A DNA stretch of 64,000 bases from Amoebidium appalachense (taxonomy: Eukaryota > Protista > Ichthyosporea): NCBI GenBank assembly GCA_963693365.1, contig CAVNZM010000002.1:14727615-14791614 (forward strand). Direction: 5' to 3'. The notes beneath the pieces are model-generated. The model made no database searches. It worked only from the letters and a program-made list of their open reading frames with translations, and was not told the DNA's origin. The translations under genes were made by a program, and so were the position numbers. Numbering within the stretch: position 1 is the first letter of the stretch; every line of letters begins with the position of its first letter. Shown here one piece after another: positions 46,854 to 59,936 of this stretch.

Positions 46854-48278
46854 ATGTCGCTAGTGATAGAGTCGACACCAGCCAATGGGCCGGTTCCCAT
46901 CTCCTCCTCTGTGTCTGCCGTTGTGGTGCTCCAAGACGCTAAGAAAAAACTGTCAGACGAGCCATCCAACGAGAAAGATGTGTGCACAGTTAACGACACG
47001 GCGAGTTTGGAGGCAGGAGATGCGGATGAATTTCGCAAGGGTACCATCCCCGGCTCCATAGCGAACATTGTAAACACCATTGTAGGGGCAGGTATTCTCG
47101 CACTACCGGCACAATTCAACGAGTTGGGATGGGCGTTATGTATTGTAGTCATGTCGCTCTCAGCTTTGGGCTCTGCCTTTGGCCTCAACCTACTGTCTTC
47201 TTGCGCACACAAAATCGGCGGGGAAAACACATCTTTCGGTATGGTGGCGGCAAAAACGTACCCGAAGATCGCATGGCTGGTTGACTTGGCGGTATTTGTA
47301 ACAACCTTCGGCGGGGCAGCATCTTATCTTATCGTCGTTGGGGATTTGATGCCGGCTGTGTGCGTGCAAATAGGCGCTGCGGCAACTTCCTTATGGGCAA
47401 GCAGACACGTGTGGACCACTGCCGCATTTGTCGTAATCGGTGTTCCTTTGACGTGCTTGCGCAACCTTGCACCACTTCGCTTCACGTCGTACATTTCAGT
47501 GGCGTGCATCCTGTACTGCCTTATTTTGGTTATCCTCTTTTTCTCCCAACCTTCAGATACTATTAACCCATGCCTCAACACCGACGGCTCGCTTAAGGTC
47601 GACTGCCAAGGGAACGTCAAACTCTTCACCACCAACCCACTTTCGTTTTTCCGCGCCTTGCCGACTTTTGCATTCGCCTTCGCTTGCCACTACAACATTT
47701 TCCCCGTCTACAACGAGATTCGAAAGCCCACCATGACGCGTATGAACATCGTCATTTATTCTTCCGTTCCCATTGTTACTTTTCTTTATCTTTCTTTCGG
47801 TCTTCTCGGCTACCTCACATACGGTGACAAGGTACCATCCAACATTTTGGTGGCGTACCCTGAGCTTCCACTTGTTTCCGCTGCACGTATTCTCGTGAGT
47901 CTATTCGTCACTTTTTCATACCCGCTCATGACACACCCTTCACGGCAGGCGCTTATTCACATTCTGGAGGTTTCTATTCACAAGTATAAACCCGAGGCCC
48001 TAACTAATCCCAAATTGCACAAAATGATTTTCTGGGGTATGACTGTTTTCGTTTGTGGTCTTTCATATCTTGTGGCAATGTTGACGAATGATTTGGGTAA
48101 AGTGTTTGCTTTGGTAGGAGCTACTGCTAGCACCGCAGTAACTTTTACCTTCCCAGGGTTGTATTATTGGAAGTTGTTTACGTGGGAGGAAGGTAGGATG
48201 AAGAGGTGGGGGGCTCTAATTATGTTGGTGTTTGGTGCCCTTTTGACACCGTGTGCCGTTGCAGCTGTTTTCATTTAA
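46854..48278 (+). CDS. Amino acid/auxin permease family transporter (Aa_trans; SLC38/AVT-like), intronless, 474 aa
   Basis: Single ORF with NIVNTIVGAGILALP, YLIVVGD, LRNLAPLRFTS, FAFACHYN, GYLTYG, FSYPL and GATAST motifs and about 11 hydrophobic segments. Confidence 0.95.
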   Translation: MSLVIESTPANGPVPISSSVSAVVVLQDAKKKLSDEPSNEKDVCTVNDTASLEAGDADEFRKGTIPGSIANIVNTIVGAGILALPAQFNELGWALCIVVMSLSALGSAFGLNLLSSCAHKIGGENTSFGMVAAKTYPKIAWLVDLAVFVTTFGGAASYLIVVGDLMPAVCVQIGAAATSLWASRHVWTTAAFVVIGVPLTCLRNLAPLRFTSYISVACILYCLILVILFFSQPSDTINPCLNTDGSLKVDCQGNVKLFTTNPLSFFRALPTFAFAFACHYNIFPVYNEIRKPTMTRMNIVIYSSVPIVTFLYLSFGLLGYLTYGDKVPSNILVAYPELPLVSAARILVSLFVTFSYPLMTHPSRQALIHILEVSIHKYKPEALTNPKLHKMIFWGMTVFVCGLSYLVAMLTNDLGKVFALVGATASTAVTFTFPGLYYWKLFTWEEGRMKRWGALIMLVFGALLTPCAVAAVFI

Positions 48279-48785
48279 AATTTATAACCTTAAATTTAAA
48301 AGTGGAACCAATTATTTTTATGTGCAAGCCTTATGCTCGTGTGATCCAAATAAATGCTGTTTGCTTATTTACTGTATCAATGATTCGAATGACATGGAGC
48401 CGTTATTGGCTTGAAAGTGGTATGTGTTGAGCTGTACATGTATGACTGGTGTATTATAAATATAAAGTTTTATTTTTAGTGATGAACAGGAAAAGTAGCT
48501 GCTGAAAAAAGCCTGTCTTAAAATTTTAAAACCCAGCAAGTTGTTCAAAGTTGCTGAGACAAAACATATTCCTTAAACAAAAATAAAGCTTAAGCTTAAG
48601 CCCTCTTTTTTTTTTTTGCTGTGTACGTCATGATAGGTGTGTGTGTATGCACGTTTAGTTGTTTGAGTGGGTGCGTGGTTTGTGTTGTGTTCTCTGTGTG
48701 GGTGTGTGTGTTGTTTGTGTGTTTGTGTGGCGGGGAGGGGAGGGGACGGGGGGAGGAGGGGATGGGTGGGTGGGTGGGGGGCCCG

Positions 48786-48823
<38 letters not shown>

Positions 48824-49075
48824 GTGGTTATGCAGGTATTATGGAAGCCGGAATATTCACTTAAACCAAAATGGAGTGCTGCTGCAGGCATCGATGATCT
48901 AATCAGTTTTGGTTGGTGAAGAATCTTTTTCTGTACTTGCTTCCACAAAGTAGTGGCTTCATGTAGTGTTCGTAAGTAGTATGACATATTAGATCTATTT
49001 TGCAGATCGTGTGTTGGACAGGTGTGTGCGAGTGTGCATTCGCGGGTGTGTACACATGTGAGCGCACGGTCGTGC

Positions 49076-49140
<65 letters not shown>

Positions 49141-49204
49141 CGCGCGTGTACACACGCGCGCGTCCGTGCGCTCGCACTCGGGGGATTGTGTGTGGGTGGA
49201 GTGG

Positions 49205-49257
<53 letters not shown>

Positions 49258-49627
49258 GGAGGCAATTTGAGTTTATAAGTCGTAGTCAAAATGATCAATA
49301 GTTGTTCCAGCGGCCTTTTAGGGCCTTGAAGTTCCTTCCTTTCGTCAAGGCTACGAAGTGTGCGGCAGTTATACACACACAGGCAAGTGACATGTTCCGA
49401 TAAAAGCATTCCATTTGCGTAAACACTGACAGCAAGAGGCACATCTCTCTATTGTAAATTGCAGATTGCGCCCAACTAAGACATTTTTCACTTATCTTAC
49501 ATCATTAAGAAAATACACATTCTTAAGATGTGAGCCATTCATCTTACATCCATTAAAAGAGCACATAATGTTACGTTGAATTACATTCGTGTATAAAATC
49601 TCAATAAGCACCATTATTTCAAAACTT

Positions 49628-50309
49628 TTACGGCAGTCCCAGGTCTGGAATTTGGTCATGGACCCCCACATGGTCATCCTCATGACCCCCCCCAACCCCC
49701 ACCTCCAATCCCACCCCGACCACCCCCAACGTCCCAAACTCCACCCCCACATCCCCGTCTACTTCCCCCTCCCCTTCCACATGCCCTTCCTCTCTCCCCA
49801 GTCTCTCTCCCAAACCATTTCCTTCATGCACACCGTCCCCCACAACCCTTAACCCTTCCCCTAAACCATCATTTAAACCCCCGCCATTACCCATTCCCTC
49901 CGAAATTCCACCTGGCCATTCAGACATGACAAACACTGTCTTCCCTATGCACAAACCCGCTTCCTGTTTTCTATGCGCCTCTCGCACCGATTCAAGAGAA
50001 AACGGAAGACGTGTGACTAAATTGGACACTAAAACCCCGTCTTGTAAAAGTGTAGCAAGGAGGGTTAAATGTTGTCGCATTTTTTCAACTTCACAGTCAT
50101 ACATGGCCCGTGCAAACACCAACTCGGTGGTGAAAGTCGCTCTTTTTGCCATCAAATTTCCGATGGGGAGGGGGGTCGCGGTGCCCACGGCAGTCACGAT
50201 AGACCCCATGGGGTTTATGATGTCGCAGTACTGGTCGAAGTACACATCAGTCGTGTAGGCATTGAAGATGTAGTCCACACCTGCACCGCGAACGGGGGGG
50301 GGGGGGGGG

Positions 50310-50371
<62 letters not shown>

Positions 50372-51516
50372 GAGAGAGTGTGTGTGTGTGTGTGTTTGGG
50401 GGCAGGGGAGGGGGGGAAGGGGGAGGGGAGAGAGAAGGGGGTGGTGGGGGGGGAGGGGGGGGGGGGGGGTAGGGGGGTAGAAGCCGGTCAGTAAGTTTTT
50501 GTGCCTGGGCGCCTGGAGTGAGGGCATCCATTGTACATTGACATACTTGGTGCGCACGTTCTTCCCAAGGGTGGGAAGCCGGGGGGGGGGGGGGGGGGGG
50601 GGGGGGGGAAGCGAGAGAGTTTTTTTTAACAAAATTGGGGTTGGGATCGGACTTCAGACTGCTTGCCCTAATTGTGGTTGCCTGAACAGGCACGTAGAGG
50701 GGAAGTATTTTGTGTTTACCGAAATGGGGGGCGGAGCTTCTATCTCCTTTTCTCTGTAGAGGTAGCTCATCAAGCTTCATGAAATGGTCAGGTAGACTGT
50801 AGCACAGACGGCGACGGCGGCTGGTATGTGCGAATGTGTCACCTGATTGGCTGTTATCGCCAAGTTGAGCCAATCAGGGGTCGGATGATCCCGTCACGAT
50901 GTTATGCTGCGGCTTCCACTTGAATGTTGGGCCGGGCACAGCAGGGGAGGGGGGGAGGGGAGGGAGGGAGGGGGGGGGGGGGGGGGGGGGGGGGAGGGGG
51001 AAGCGCACCGGGAGGAATGGGGGAAGGGGGCGGAGTGATTGGAGGAAGTTACCAAAGGAAGGGACGATGGGGATCATTTGGTCACTTTCAAATGGAAGAA
51101 AGGGAGGGCGAAGCACGGGGCAAGGGCGGGAGGGGGAAGGGAGGAGGGCGGGAAGAGAGAGAGAGGGGAGGCGGGGGGGGAAGAAGGGGGTGGGGGGAAG
51201 GGGGGAGGGGGGGATGTGTAAGTAGGGGGGGGAGAGGAGGAGCCGCAACATACCCGCCAAGCCGATTCTGGCCAGCTGCTCTTTGATTGGCCGATGGTGG
51301 TTGATCACGTGATCGGCACCGCTATTTTTAGCCACGGCCATGGTTTCTGGGCGGGAAGCCGTTGCTATGACGACCATGTGCAGAAGTCTTTTTGCTATTT
51401 GGATGGCAAACGAGCCTATGCCACCACCCCCCGGAAGAACGAGAATGGTGCGGCCTATGGATTGGGGCACACTGAGCTGTAGGGAGGGGGGGGGGGGGGG
51501 GGGGGAGGGGGATTGG

Positions 51517-51548
<32 letters not shown>

Positions 51549-51631
51549 GGGGTGGTGGTGGGGGAAGGGGGGGGGGGGGGGAGTGGGGGTTAAAGGTTGG
51601 GGATTAATTCTTATGTTCAATATTAGACCAT

Positions 51632-51671
<40 letters not shown>

Positions 51672-52822
51672 CCCCCTCCCCCTGCCTGCCCAAGAAAAAA
51701 AAAGATAAAAACAACAAACAAATAAATAATAATAAATATGAAGAAAAAAAACGGCAAACACCGACACACATCTATAAACACACCCACCATGCACACTCAC
51801 GGACATGCAAAACTGCACACTACATATGCAACAACTTCACGGTCGTGCCCATGTCACTTTTGCTGTTAGAACAAAGTGTGATTCTTCCTATCCATTAACC
51901 ATGTCTCCACTCGATCGCCAACACACACACAGACGCAGTGAGAAGACACGCACAAACACAAAACACATGCTCAGTGAAAGAGACACCCACGCACAAACAC
52001 GCGCACACATGCATGCACACGCACACACACACATACACACACACACACACCACCACCACCCCCACTCCCACCCCGACCCCCCCTTCCCCCGACCCCCTTC
52101 CACACACACACACACACCCAACCCCCTCCCCTCCCCCACCCTACCCCACTAACTGCCCCCCCCCCTTTTCCCCCCCCCTGTCCCCCCCCCCCCCCACACC
52201 CACACACCCACCCACCACCACACCCACACCCACCCGCTCACCCACACACCCACATCCACATTCCCCCCCCCACCTCCCCACACACACACCCACACCCACA
52301 TCCACCCCCCCCCCCCCCCCCACACACACACTCACATCCACCCTCCTCCCCCCCCTCCCCCCCTCCCCCCCCCCCCATACACACACACACACACACACAC
52401 ACCTTCAACTGCTCAGTCAATGCCTCGTATGCCGTCAGCCCAACCAATGGAATAGCGGCAGCTTCCTCAAACGTGAGATTTCCCGGAAATCGTGCCACCA
52501 TTCTCTCATCCACACACGTAAATTCCGCATTAGAACCCGGTTTTGTCACATCTCCAACAAAGAAAACCCGGTCACCTTTTTTGAAATTTACGACATTTTT
52601 TCCAACCTGCTCCACGATTCCCGCGCCGTCATATCCGAGCACCATGTGAGATTTAATTGGTCCCTGAGCGAATAGGTTAACCCTTTGCTGGCAATCGACA
52701 GGGTTTAGGGAGGCAGCGTGATTTTGCACCAGCACGCTATTGGCTGATGGCTTGGGAATGGGAACAATAGCACTTTCTAGAACCTCGGCGCCACCGTAGT
52801 GACGAATCACAATTGCCTCCAT
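49628..52822 (-). CDS. MDR-superfamily (zinc-type ADH-like / quinone oxidoreductase) protein, 3 exons, with acidic Gly-rich C-terminal tail
   Basis: Exons 52822-52403, 51476-51254 and 50280-49628 join in phase. Motifs SLNPVD, LGYDGAGIVEQVG, FKKGDRV, GSNAEF..VDER, EAAAIPLVGLTAYEAL, GGGGIGSFAIQ, IATASRPET, GADHVINH and GKTV. Confidence 0.92.
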
Positions 52823-53476
52823 CGTGTCTCTCTCGTGTCGTGTCTGGGCTAGTTGCTGTACGGGGGGGAGAAAAAAGTTGGGTTAGCGAAAGATTGTGGA
52901 AGGGTTTAGAAACAGGTTTTAAAAAAGAAACATCGCAACATGGCAAACGAGTTTTTATGTCACACCCACCGATGCACACACACACACACGCACACACACA
53001 CACACATCACAAATACACAAACACTACCCCCCCCCCCCCCCCCAAACACACATGCAAGTACACATGGGGGGGAGGGGGGGGGGGGGGTATGTGGATGGGT
53101 GCGTGGGGGGGGGGGGGGGGGGGGGGTTCTATACACACACATGCCACCGTTAGACAAAGACCAGGAATGTGAGGGAAGCACATTGCTTTTTAGATCAACC
53201 GGGTATAGAGATAAGCAGATATGAGTGCTGAAGAAGAATGGGAGTGCATATTGCCACTATGGAATATGTGGCCGTTCTTTTAACCCCGGTGGGAGGGCAA
53301 GCATGGATATAAATGGGGTAGACGGGTGCAATGGGGTTCGGGGAAAGGGGGGAAGAGGGGGGGGGGGGGGGGGGGGGGGGGGGAGGGTACGTGACAGCAC
53401 GGGGGGCAGGGACGGAAGAGGGGGGGAAGGGGCTTCATGCACATAAGAGTTTGAAATATGGAATAGGAGACATCAA

Positions 53477-53510
<34 letters not shown>

Positions 53511-54470
53511 CTTTCCGTTGTGCTCTAGCGTGTGCAAAACGAACATGCCTTTTGCAGGAAGAAAGGGGAAAGAAGGAAAAGTAGAAATGTATGGGAGGAG
53601 AAGGGGTGGTGTGTGTATGGGCGAGTATGTGTGTGGGTGGGTGTGAATTCTGTGGGCATGCAGCTTTTTATTTGTCTGTTTCTGCTTTTTTTTTTTGTTT
53701 TTTTTTTGGGGGGGGGGGGGTGGGGGGGAGGGGGGTGGGGGGGGAGGGGAGGGGGCGGGGAAGGGGGGGAGGGGGGAGGGGGGGAGGCACCATATGCTTA
53801 TCGGAGTCGTGGGGAATCAAGGTATGTGCAAAGCACCTTTTCCTTTTTTTTGTGGGGGGGGGGGGGGGGGAGGGGGGGGAGGGGGGGGGGAAAGGGGAGA
53901 TAGCCCTCTTTGTGGGGGGGGGGGGGGGGGTTAAGGACGGCTACAAAAAACAAGACTGTTCCTGTGCATTGCATGTATTGTGTGATAGTGTGCAGTACAC
54001 GTGTTTGCTGGTGTCTCTTCTCCGTGTGTGTGTGCACAAGCGTGTGTCCATGTATTTGTGTATGTCTGGATATAGATTATATCAATGGTGCACACAAACC
54101 AACAACAGGATATAGCGTGTATTGATTGCAGACAAGAGAAGGTATATCAGATTGTGTGGGCGAAGCGAAGGAGGCGCGGGGGGAGGGGGTAACATTATGA
54201 AAGAAAAGCAGGAGGCATAGGAGGGTTAACCGAAATGCGGGAGATTCAGGACAGCCTTGGAAATACTACAGAAATGATTTCTTACAAAGGAAGCAGTGAC
54301 AAAAAAAATGTTCACATTGAGGGGTACCGGTGGGTAGGTGATGGGTGGGTGGGTGGGTGGATGAGAGGGGAGAATGGGTGGCGGTTTGGTAAAAAGGAGG
54401 GGAGGGGGGGAGGGAGGGACGAGGGCCCCGCGGGGTGAGGGGGGGGGAGGGGGGGGGCACATCTCATTAC

Positions 54471-54758
54471 CGGAAATTCGGGCATGTGATAGTGAAACTG
54501 GGCAGCCAAAGCTGCATCCACCTCCTCTGTCCCACCCTCCTGCAGCCTGCTTTTGTGTTTCCTGTGCCTCTCCGACTTCATGTGCAGCTGGATCGCACTG
54601 CATTTTAGGCTTAACTCCTGCCTGCAGGCACGGCAAACCAGCTTTTCGTTGATAACTGCTAGGGGCTCATCGGGCCACCCTTTCACTCTGTCTGCCGGGC
54701 TAACGTATTTTGGGTCGGAGGAGTAGGTGGGTATGCGTGCGGGCTTTGTGCGACCCAT
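54471..54758 (-). CDS. CGGBP1-like / hAT-transposase N-terminal C2H2 (BED-like) zinc-finger exon; downstream exons not identified
   Basis: MGRTKP...VSPADRVKGWPDEPLAVINEKLVCRACRQELSLKCSAIQLHMKSERHRKHK: a DRV..P.E...KL.CxxC...H..S..H pattern. The segment ends at a GTAATG donor followed by a C-run. Confidence 0.6.
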
Positions 54759-55140
54759 GCTTAGTCTTTTGAGTCGGCTTTAGTTAACGACACTTCAGAT
54801 GGCTTGATCTGAGGCGAGATGGGGCCCTCAGAAGAGCGGATGATATGAGGTGAGATGCGCTACTGCGAGGTTGTTCTTGGCCCGGCTGGGCTGCTGAAAT
54901 GTGGATGTGTGTGTTTGTGGCAAAGCTCAGGCAAGGTTTTTGGGAGGATGGAGTAGGTGCACGGAAAACGAGAAGTGGTATGTTGAGCCGGGCCTGCATG
55001 CAGGGAGACAGCACTCAAAGTGACTAGATCTAGACTGTGAGCCGATTTGGCGCCACATAAGTTCAATAGATCTTGCGATCTTTTGTGAGCTTCCCGAATC
55101 CCGGGCCCCTAGCCCTCTTCCCCCCCCCCCCCCCCCCCCC

Positions 55141-55176
<36 letters not shown>

Positions 55177-55740
55177 CCCCCCCTTCCCCCAACTTCCCCC
55201 CCTCTCCCCCCTCCCCCCCCCCCCCCCCCCACCCCACCCCACCCAACCCACCCCACCCACCCACCCCAAAAAACCCAACCCAACCCAACCCACCCACCCA
55301 CCCATCCCTCCAGAGATTTCCACCCTCCATCGACCATGGTCCCCGGGAAAAGGGCATGCGCATTAGAGTTGTCCCCACCTTTTTTTTTTGTGATGTCGAC
55401 GGCACTTCCATGGCGGCAGTGGCCGCGGCATTGAATGCACCCAATCCCTGCCGCCCTCAGAAAACATCCATGGATCTGGTGCCCATACTTAGTACATTGC
55501 GCCATATTTTGGAGGAAACAAAGCTTTACTAAAGACCCAATCCGCTGGGGCTACCTGCTACTGTACACGGCTACAAAAGTAGCTGAAAGAGTCAATAAAC
55601 TCACAAGGTCTGGCTTGTCGAAATAGAGCAAAAATATTGTTCGAAAACGCAACTATAAGCGGGTGCATGTGATGCCTATCACGCGTCCGTGAATTTCAAA
55701 CCTATCTGCGGTTGGGGGAGGGGGGAGGGACAGCGTGGGT

Positions 55741-55741
55741 G

Positions 55742-55788
<47 letters not shown>

Positions 55789-55817
55789 ATGCGTGCGTGC
55801 GTGCGTGCGTGCGTGTG

Positions 55818-55893
<76 letters not shown>

Positions 55894-55894
55894 T
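55741..55894. repeat. (GCGT)n tetranucleotide microsatellite
   Basis: Directly visible. Confidence 0.95.
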
Positions 55895-55918
55895 AGGCCC
55901 CAAACACATCGGCACGCG

Positions 55919-56242
55919 GTCAATTGCAAAAGGCAGATTTTTTCTGCGAAAAGCGGAATTATTCTGCAAAAAGCAGAATTATTCTGCAAAAAGCAGAATT
56001 ATTCTGCAGAAGCGGAATCATTTGCTTTGAGCAGAATCACTCTGCTTTTTGCATGATTATTCTGCTTTTAGCAGAAGTAATCGGCAAAAGGCAGAATTAT
56101 TCTGCCTTCGACATTGAATAGTCCTGCTTTTAGCAGCATAATTCTGCTGTTTGCGGAATAATTCTGCTTTTAGCGGAATAATTCTGCTTTCAGCTGATAA
56201 ACTCTGCTTCTTGCAGAATAATTCTGCTCGGAGCAATTTGAC
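55919..56242. mobile_element. Foldback-like element: about 15 palindromic GCAGAAT(T/A)ATTCTGC units at 20-bp period between short TIRs
   Basis: Ends GTCAATTGC / GCAATTTGAC; spacers are A-rich in the left part and mostly T-rich in the right part, so the array is self-inverted. Confidence 0.6.
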
Positions 56243-57300
56243 TCTAATAGCCGATGTGGTACGCGCCCTGTGCGTGCGCGTGTGTATGGGCGCTCATGCA
56301 CCTGCCCATACATGCAGGCACACACACAATGCATGTGTGTGTGTGTGGGGGGGGGGGGGGGGGGGGGGGGGAGGGGGACTCCGGGGAGGAGGGGGGGGAG
56401 GAGGAGGGGGGGGGGGGGGGGGCACGGGCGGTGAGGGGCGGGGAGGACTGGTAATTACGCATTGGGCATGCACGTGCAGTACGTATGGATGCAGACGAGT
56501 GCAAGGACAAGAATTCTCTGCATCATTCTAGCCTGCTGTATTCTTCTAACTCATGATGTATCATGATCATGAAACCTGTCCGAAACATTTTATTTTTCAA
56601 CGATTGAGATAGAGTTGCAGGCATAATTAATAAGGGCTGGTTACCAGCCCTTCGAATTCCTGCAAGTCAACAAAACCCAAACGGAACCATGGCCACACAG
56701 TCTGAGCTACAAATTGTACGCTACGTATTTTAATGATACAGTTTAATTTTTTTCATGATCAGTGCTTGAAACACAGGAACACAGTGAAGCAGTTCAAAAA
56801 ATTCCAGGCTCAGGCTAACTTACTAACACTGCGATTACTACTAGTAACCGTGCCTGCTGCCAAACAATCATAAGTAATCACTCAGCACTGGCTAATTCGT
56901 TCGAGCATAGGACGGCCACTGAAGTTTGCAGGTCACTACATACTCGGCATGCAGTGATCACACAGGGTCCGGCCTGTCATGAACCATTATCAAACTTCAT
57001 TCTATCTAATGTGAGCACACGCGCCGGTGTATGTGAGCCTGTGGAATAGAATAAACTTCTTCGTACTTGATCTATTGGTAAGGCCATTTATCGGCCCAGG
57101 GATGAGTTGAAGTTTATTAGTAATTATATAGCAGCCTGTAAATCAGCCCTTGAAACACAACCGCGCCAGCTAATATTCGGTCACCTTTTGCTGCGATACT
57201 AAGTAATTGCACAAGCACAATCGGTGCAACGCTTACATCCTTCAATATTATCTCTTTGCCTCGAGTAATCAGAAAACTTAAACCCCCACTTTTATTTAGC

Positions 57301-57787
57301 CTAATGATGGGCTGCTTCTTCAACAGCAGGCAAGATTCCTGCTGTGTTGTTTGCCGTTTCCACTTTGATACCTTTGTTGGCCATAAATGAGATGTACATA
57401 TTCCAGAAAAGCCCAGCCATACTTCCCAAAAGGGGACGGTAGTGCACCGGGAGAAATCTGAACTGAACCATACCCACAAACGGCCAAAACATAGTCCCCG
57501 TTACGAAAGTTGTGGGCAAATCGGCTGCAATCTTATTTCCTGCGTCAAAAATCGATCCCCCGGACAGGAGGGTATTCGAGGTGAAGCTGGTGCTGATGAA
57601 AACAGGGGAAAAGCAGAGGTTGGAAAACACCTGTTAGTGGGAGGAGACCAGTGAGTACGTGGTGAAAGAGGAGTGGGAGGTGAGGGCGGAACTGACCACT
57701 AAGAAGAGCACGTTTAGTGTGGGTGTACACGGTGGTGGTCGCCGTGGCGTGCGTGTGCGTGTATTATTTGGGTAAGGGCGGTGGGGT

Positions 57788-57821
<34 letters not shown>

Positions 57822-58192
57822 GGGACCTTTGGGAGAAGGTTCAGGAAACAGGAAGGGAGAGGCGGGGGACAGGGGAGGGCCTGGAGGGGACTGGAGGGGG
57901 GGGGGGGGGGGGGGGTTCTTACCTTCTGCAAAACACGCTTCATGCTACTTCCAGGCAGCATGGCCTCAAGTCTGGTATTCCACCAGTAGATGACTGGCCC
58001 AGTAGCAAATGCACCCGTCAAGAACATGTTGCGTGTGCGTATGAAATCGTAAGGTTTACCTTCCTGGCCTCTGTCTGTTCTTTCCAACGTTTGGCAAATC
58101 AGGTCTCCTGCGCCCATAGCTGTGCCGACGGCGAAACATGTGCTTACGGGGCGCTTCGCTTTCACCACAATGTTCTTGAGAAACAAGGCCAT
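57301..58192 (-). CDS. Mpv17/PMP22 family membrane protein, 2 exons
   Basis: Exons 58192-57923 and 57630-57301 (phase 0, GTAAGA...CAG). Motifs GAGDLICQ, YDFIRT, GPVIYWW, FSPVF, FWPFVGMVQFRFLPVHYR and WNMYIS. Confidence 0.93.
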
Positions 58193-59687
58193 GTTTAAAA
58201 ATGTTGGGTGAGATGGCCCAGTAAATAAAGCAAAAATGTTGTTGTCTGCAGGTGCACGTGTTCACGTGGTTCGATCGTTAGAAGGCTTCCGGAATGCATA
58301 TGCATGCATGTACATACACAGTGTCTGCAGTTGCTGCTGCTGTGCGCTAGCTGGAATCTTGCTAAGGTACAAGGGTAAGTATATCATTTAGAGTGAAGAA
58401 GGTGTAACTGTGCTTCAAGTCGTGGATGGACTCTGAGTTGTCACGGTAGGTTCTGTTTTGCAATTGCTGCCTGCCCACCGTGAATGGAAGCTTTTATGCT
58501 TGCTGCCAGATGACGATCATCAAGTTGATATGTCGGTTCGAGTCGGGCCGTGTGAGAGGGATTTCGATTCATGGTCTTACTCCACAATGGCATCCATACC
58601 AGGCAGCTTATTGTGTTGTTAAAAAACCTTATTTGCTAGCGGTTTATTTTTTTTATGAGATAGTCTTTTTATGTTTCGCAACATTCGCCCATTTAGCCTA
58701 CTATGTTATAGTATTAGTGCTCCTTTCCTTCCTTTGGGAACCCGAAAATGCTGTTGGCTCGATTCGATTAAAAAAAACCTGCTACCCGAAGTTACCCCCT
58801 AAACTGTAGCCAATCATCGTGGTGCTGAATTGTTTGCCAGCGGCTAGCCAGGCACCTGGCCCCAAAGCGGCTGCGCGCGGGCGGAAGTACATACGGTCAA
58901 CGTGTGCATATCCTATTACGCAAAACCATAGCATGCAAATGAGCAATAAGACTTGTGTGTATAGGTACTCATGACTTTTCCACGGTTATTTTGACATTAT
59001 TTCTCACCTGTACGTGTAGCCTGTCATTAATTACTAACGCGCGGGCACGGGCAAGTCGACCGAAGCAGCGGAGGTATGTGCGCGATATTGCCTAATTTAG
59101 ATTGCTTCTAGCTTTCACCAATCATCTGAAGTTTTTTATCAGTGGATTTTGTCCCCTTAGACCGTGGCGGGTTGCCGGGCAACTTTTGCCGGGCAAAAAA
59201 AAAAAAAAGAAAAAAGCACGGCCAGTTCCGGCGACCCTTAAATCACGGGTGTCACATGTTCAAGTAGTAGTTGCGAAGTTTCACCAATGGCAAGCACAGA
59301 GGGAGGGAAATCGTTCATTTATGAACGTTACCCCAGTTTCTCCCGCACACAGGAGCATCGCATCTGAATTTTCCGTCGAATAAATCCAGGCAAAAGAAAA
59401 ATTTTCCTGCATGGAGTGTTCAAGGCTTTATTCACGGTTTTATAGGTGCAACCATGGTGGGATGAACGGTTTATCAGCAACAGAAACAAGAGGCTGTTAG
59501 CAGGAGCACTCTAATGTTTTGTTGTCAAATCACATCACAAACACGGTATTTTTATTCACTCCATAAACACGGTTAGTTTTCTTCACTTCACCCCTTCCAT
59601 GCTGAACCCATCGTTGACGATGTTATCCACGAATCTCGCTAGTCTGCCTCTACCCCATCCTGGGTGCTAGTTTTTTCAGGGTACAAC

Positions 59688-59901
59688 ATGGACGGGCAAC
59701 GCAGAAATGTAAGGCAGCTTCCTCCACTGCTGCCAGCTAACTGCAAGAAAGGTGTGTGGGTGGGTGCGTGGGAGGGTTTTAAGGCAAAGTTAGCTTGTTC
59801 TTTGTTTGCGTACGGTTCGGGAACCGCTATGAACATGTTTCAAGTACTTGCAGGGTTTGTGTGGTCTAGCTTTCCCTCGTCCTTCCTTTTGTTGCCTGCC
59901 T

Positions 59902-59936
<35 letters not shown>

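Noticed and set aside
55930-56230. CRISPR array
   Set aside because: Spacers are only about 5 nt and not unique; eukaryotic context; no cas genes.
58532-58548. tRNA T-arm-like GTCGGTTCGAGTCGGGC
   Set aside because: The stem is imperfect and no acceptor, D or anticodon arms were found.
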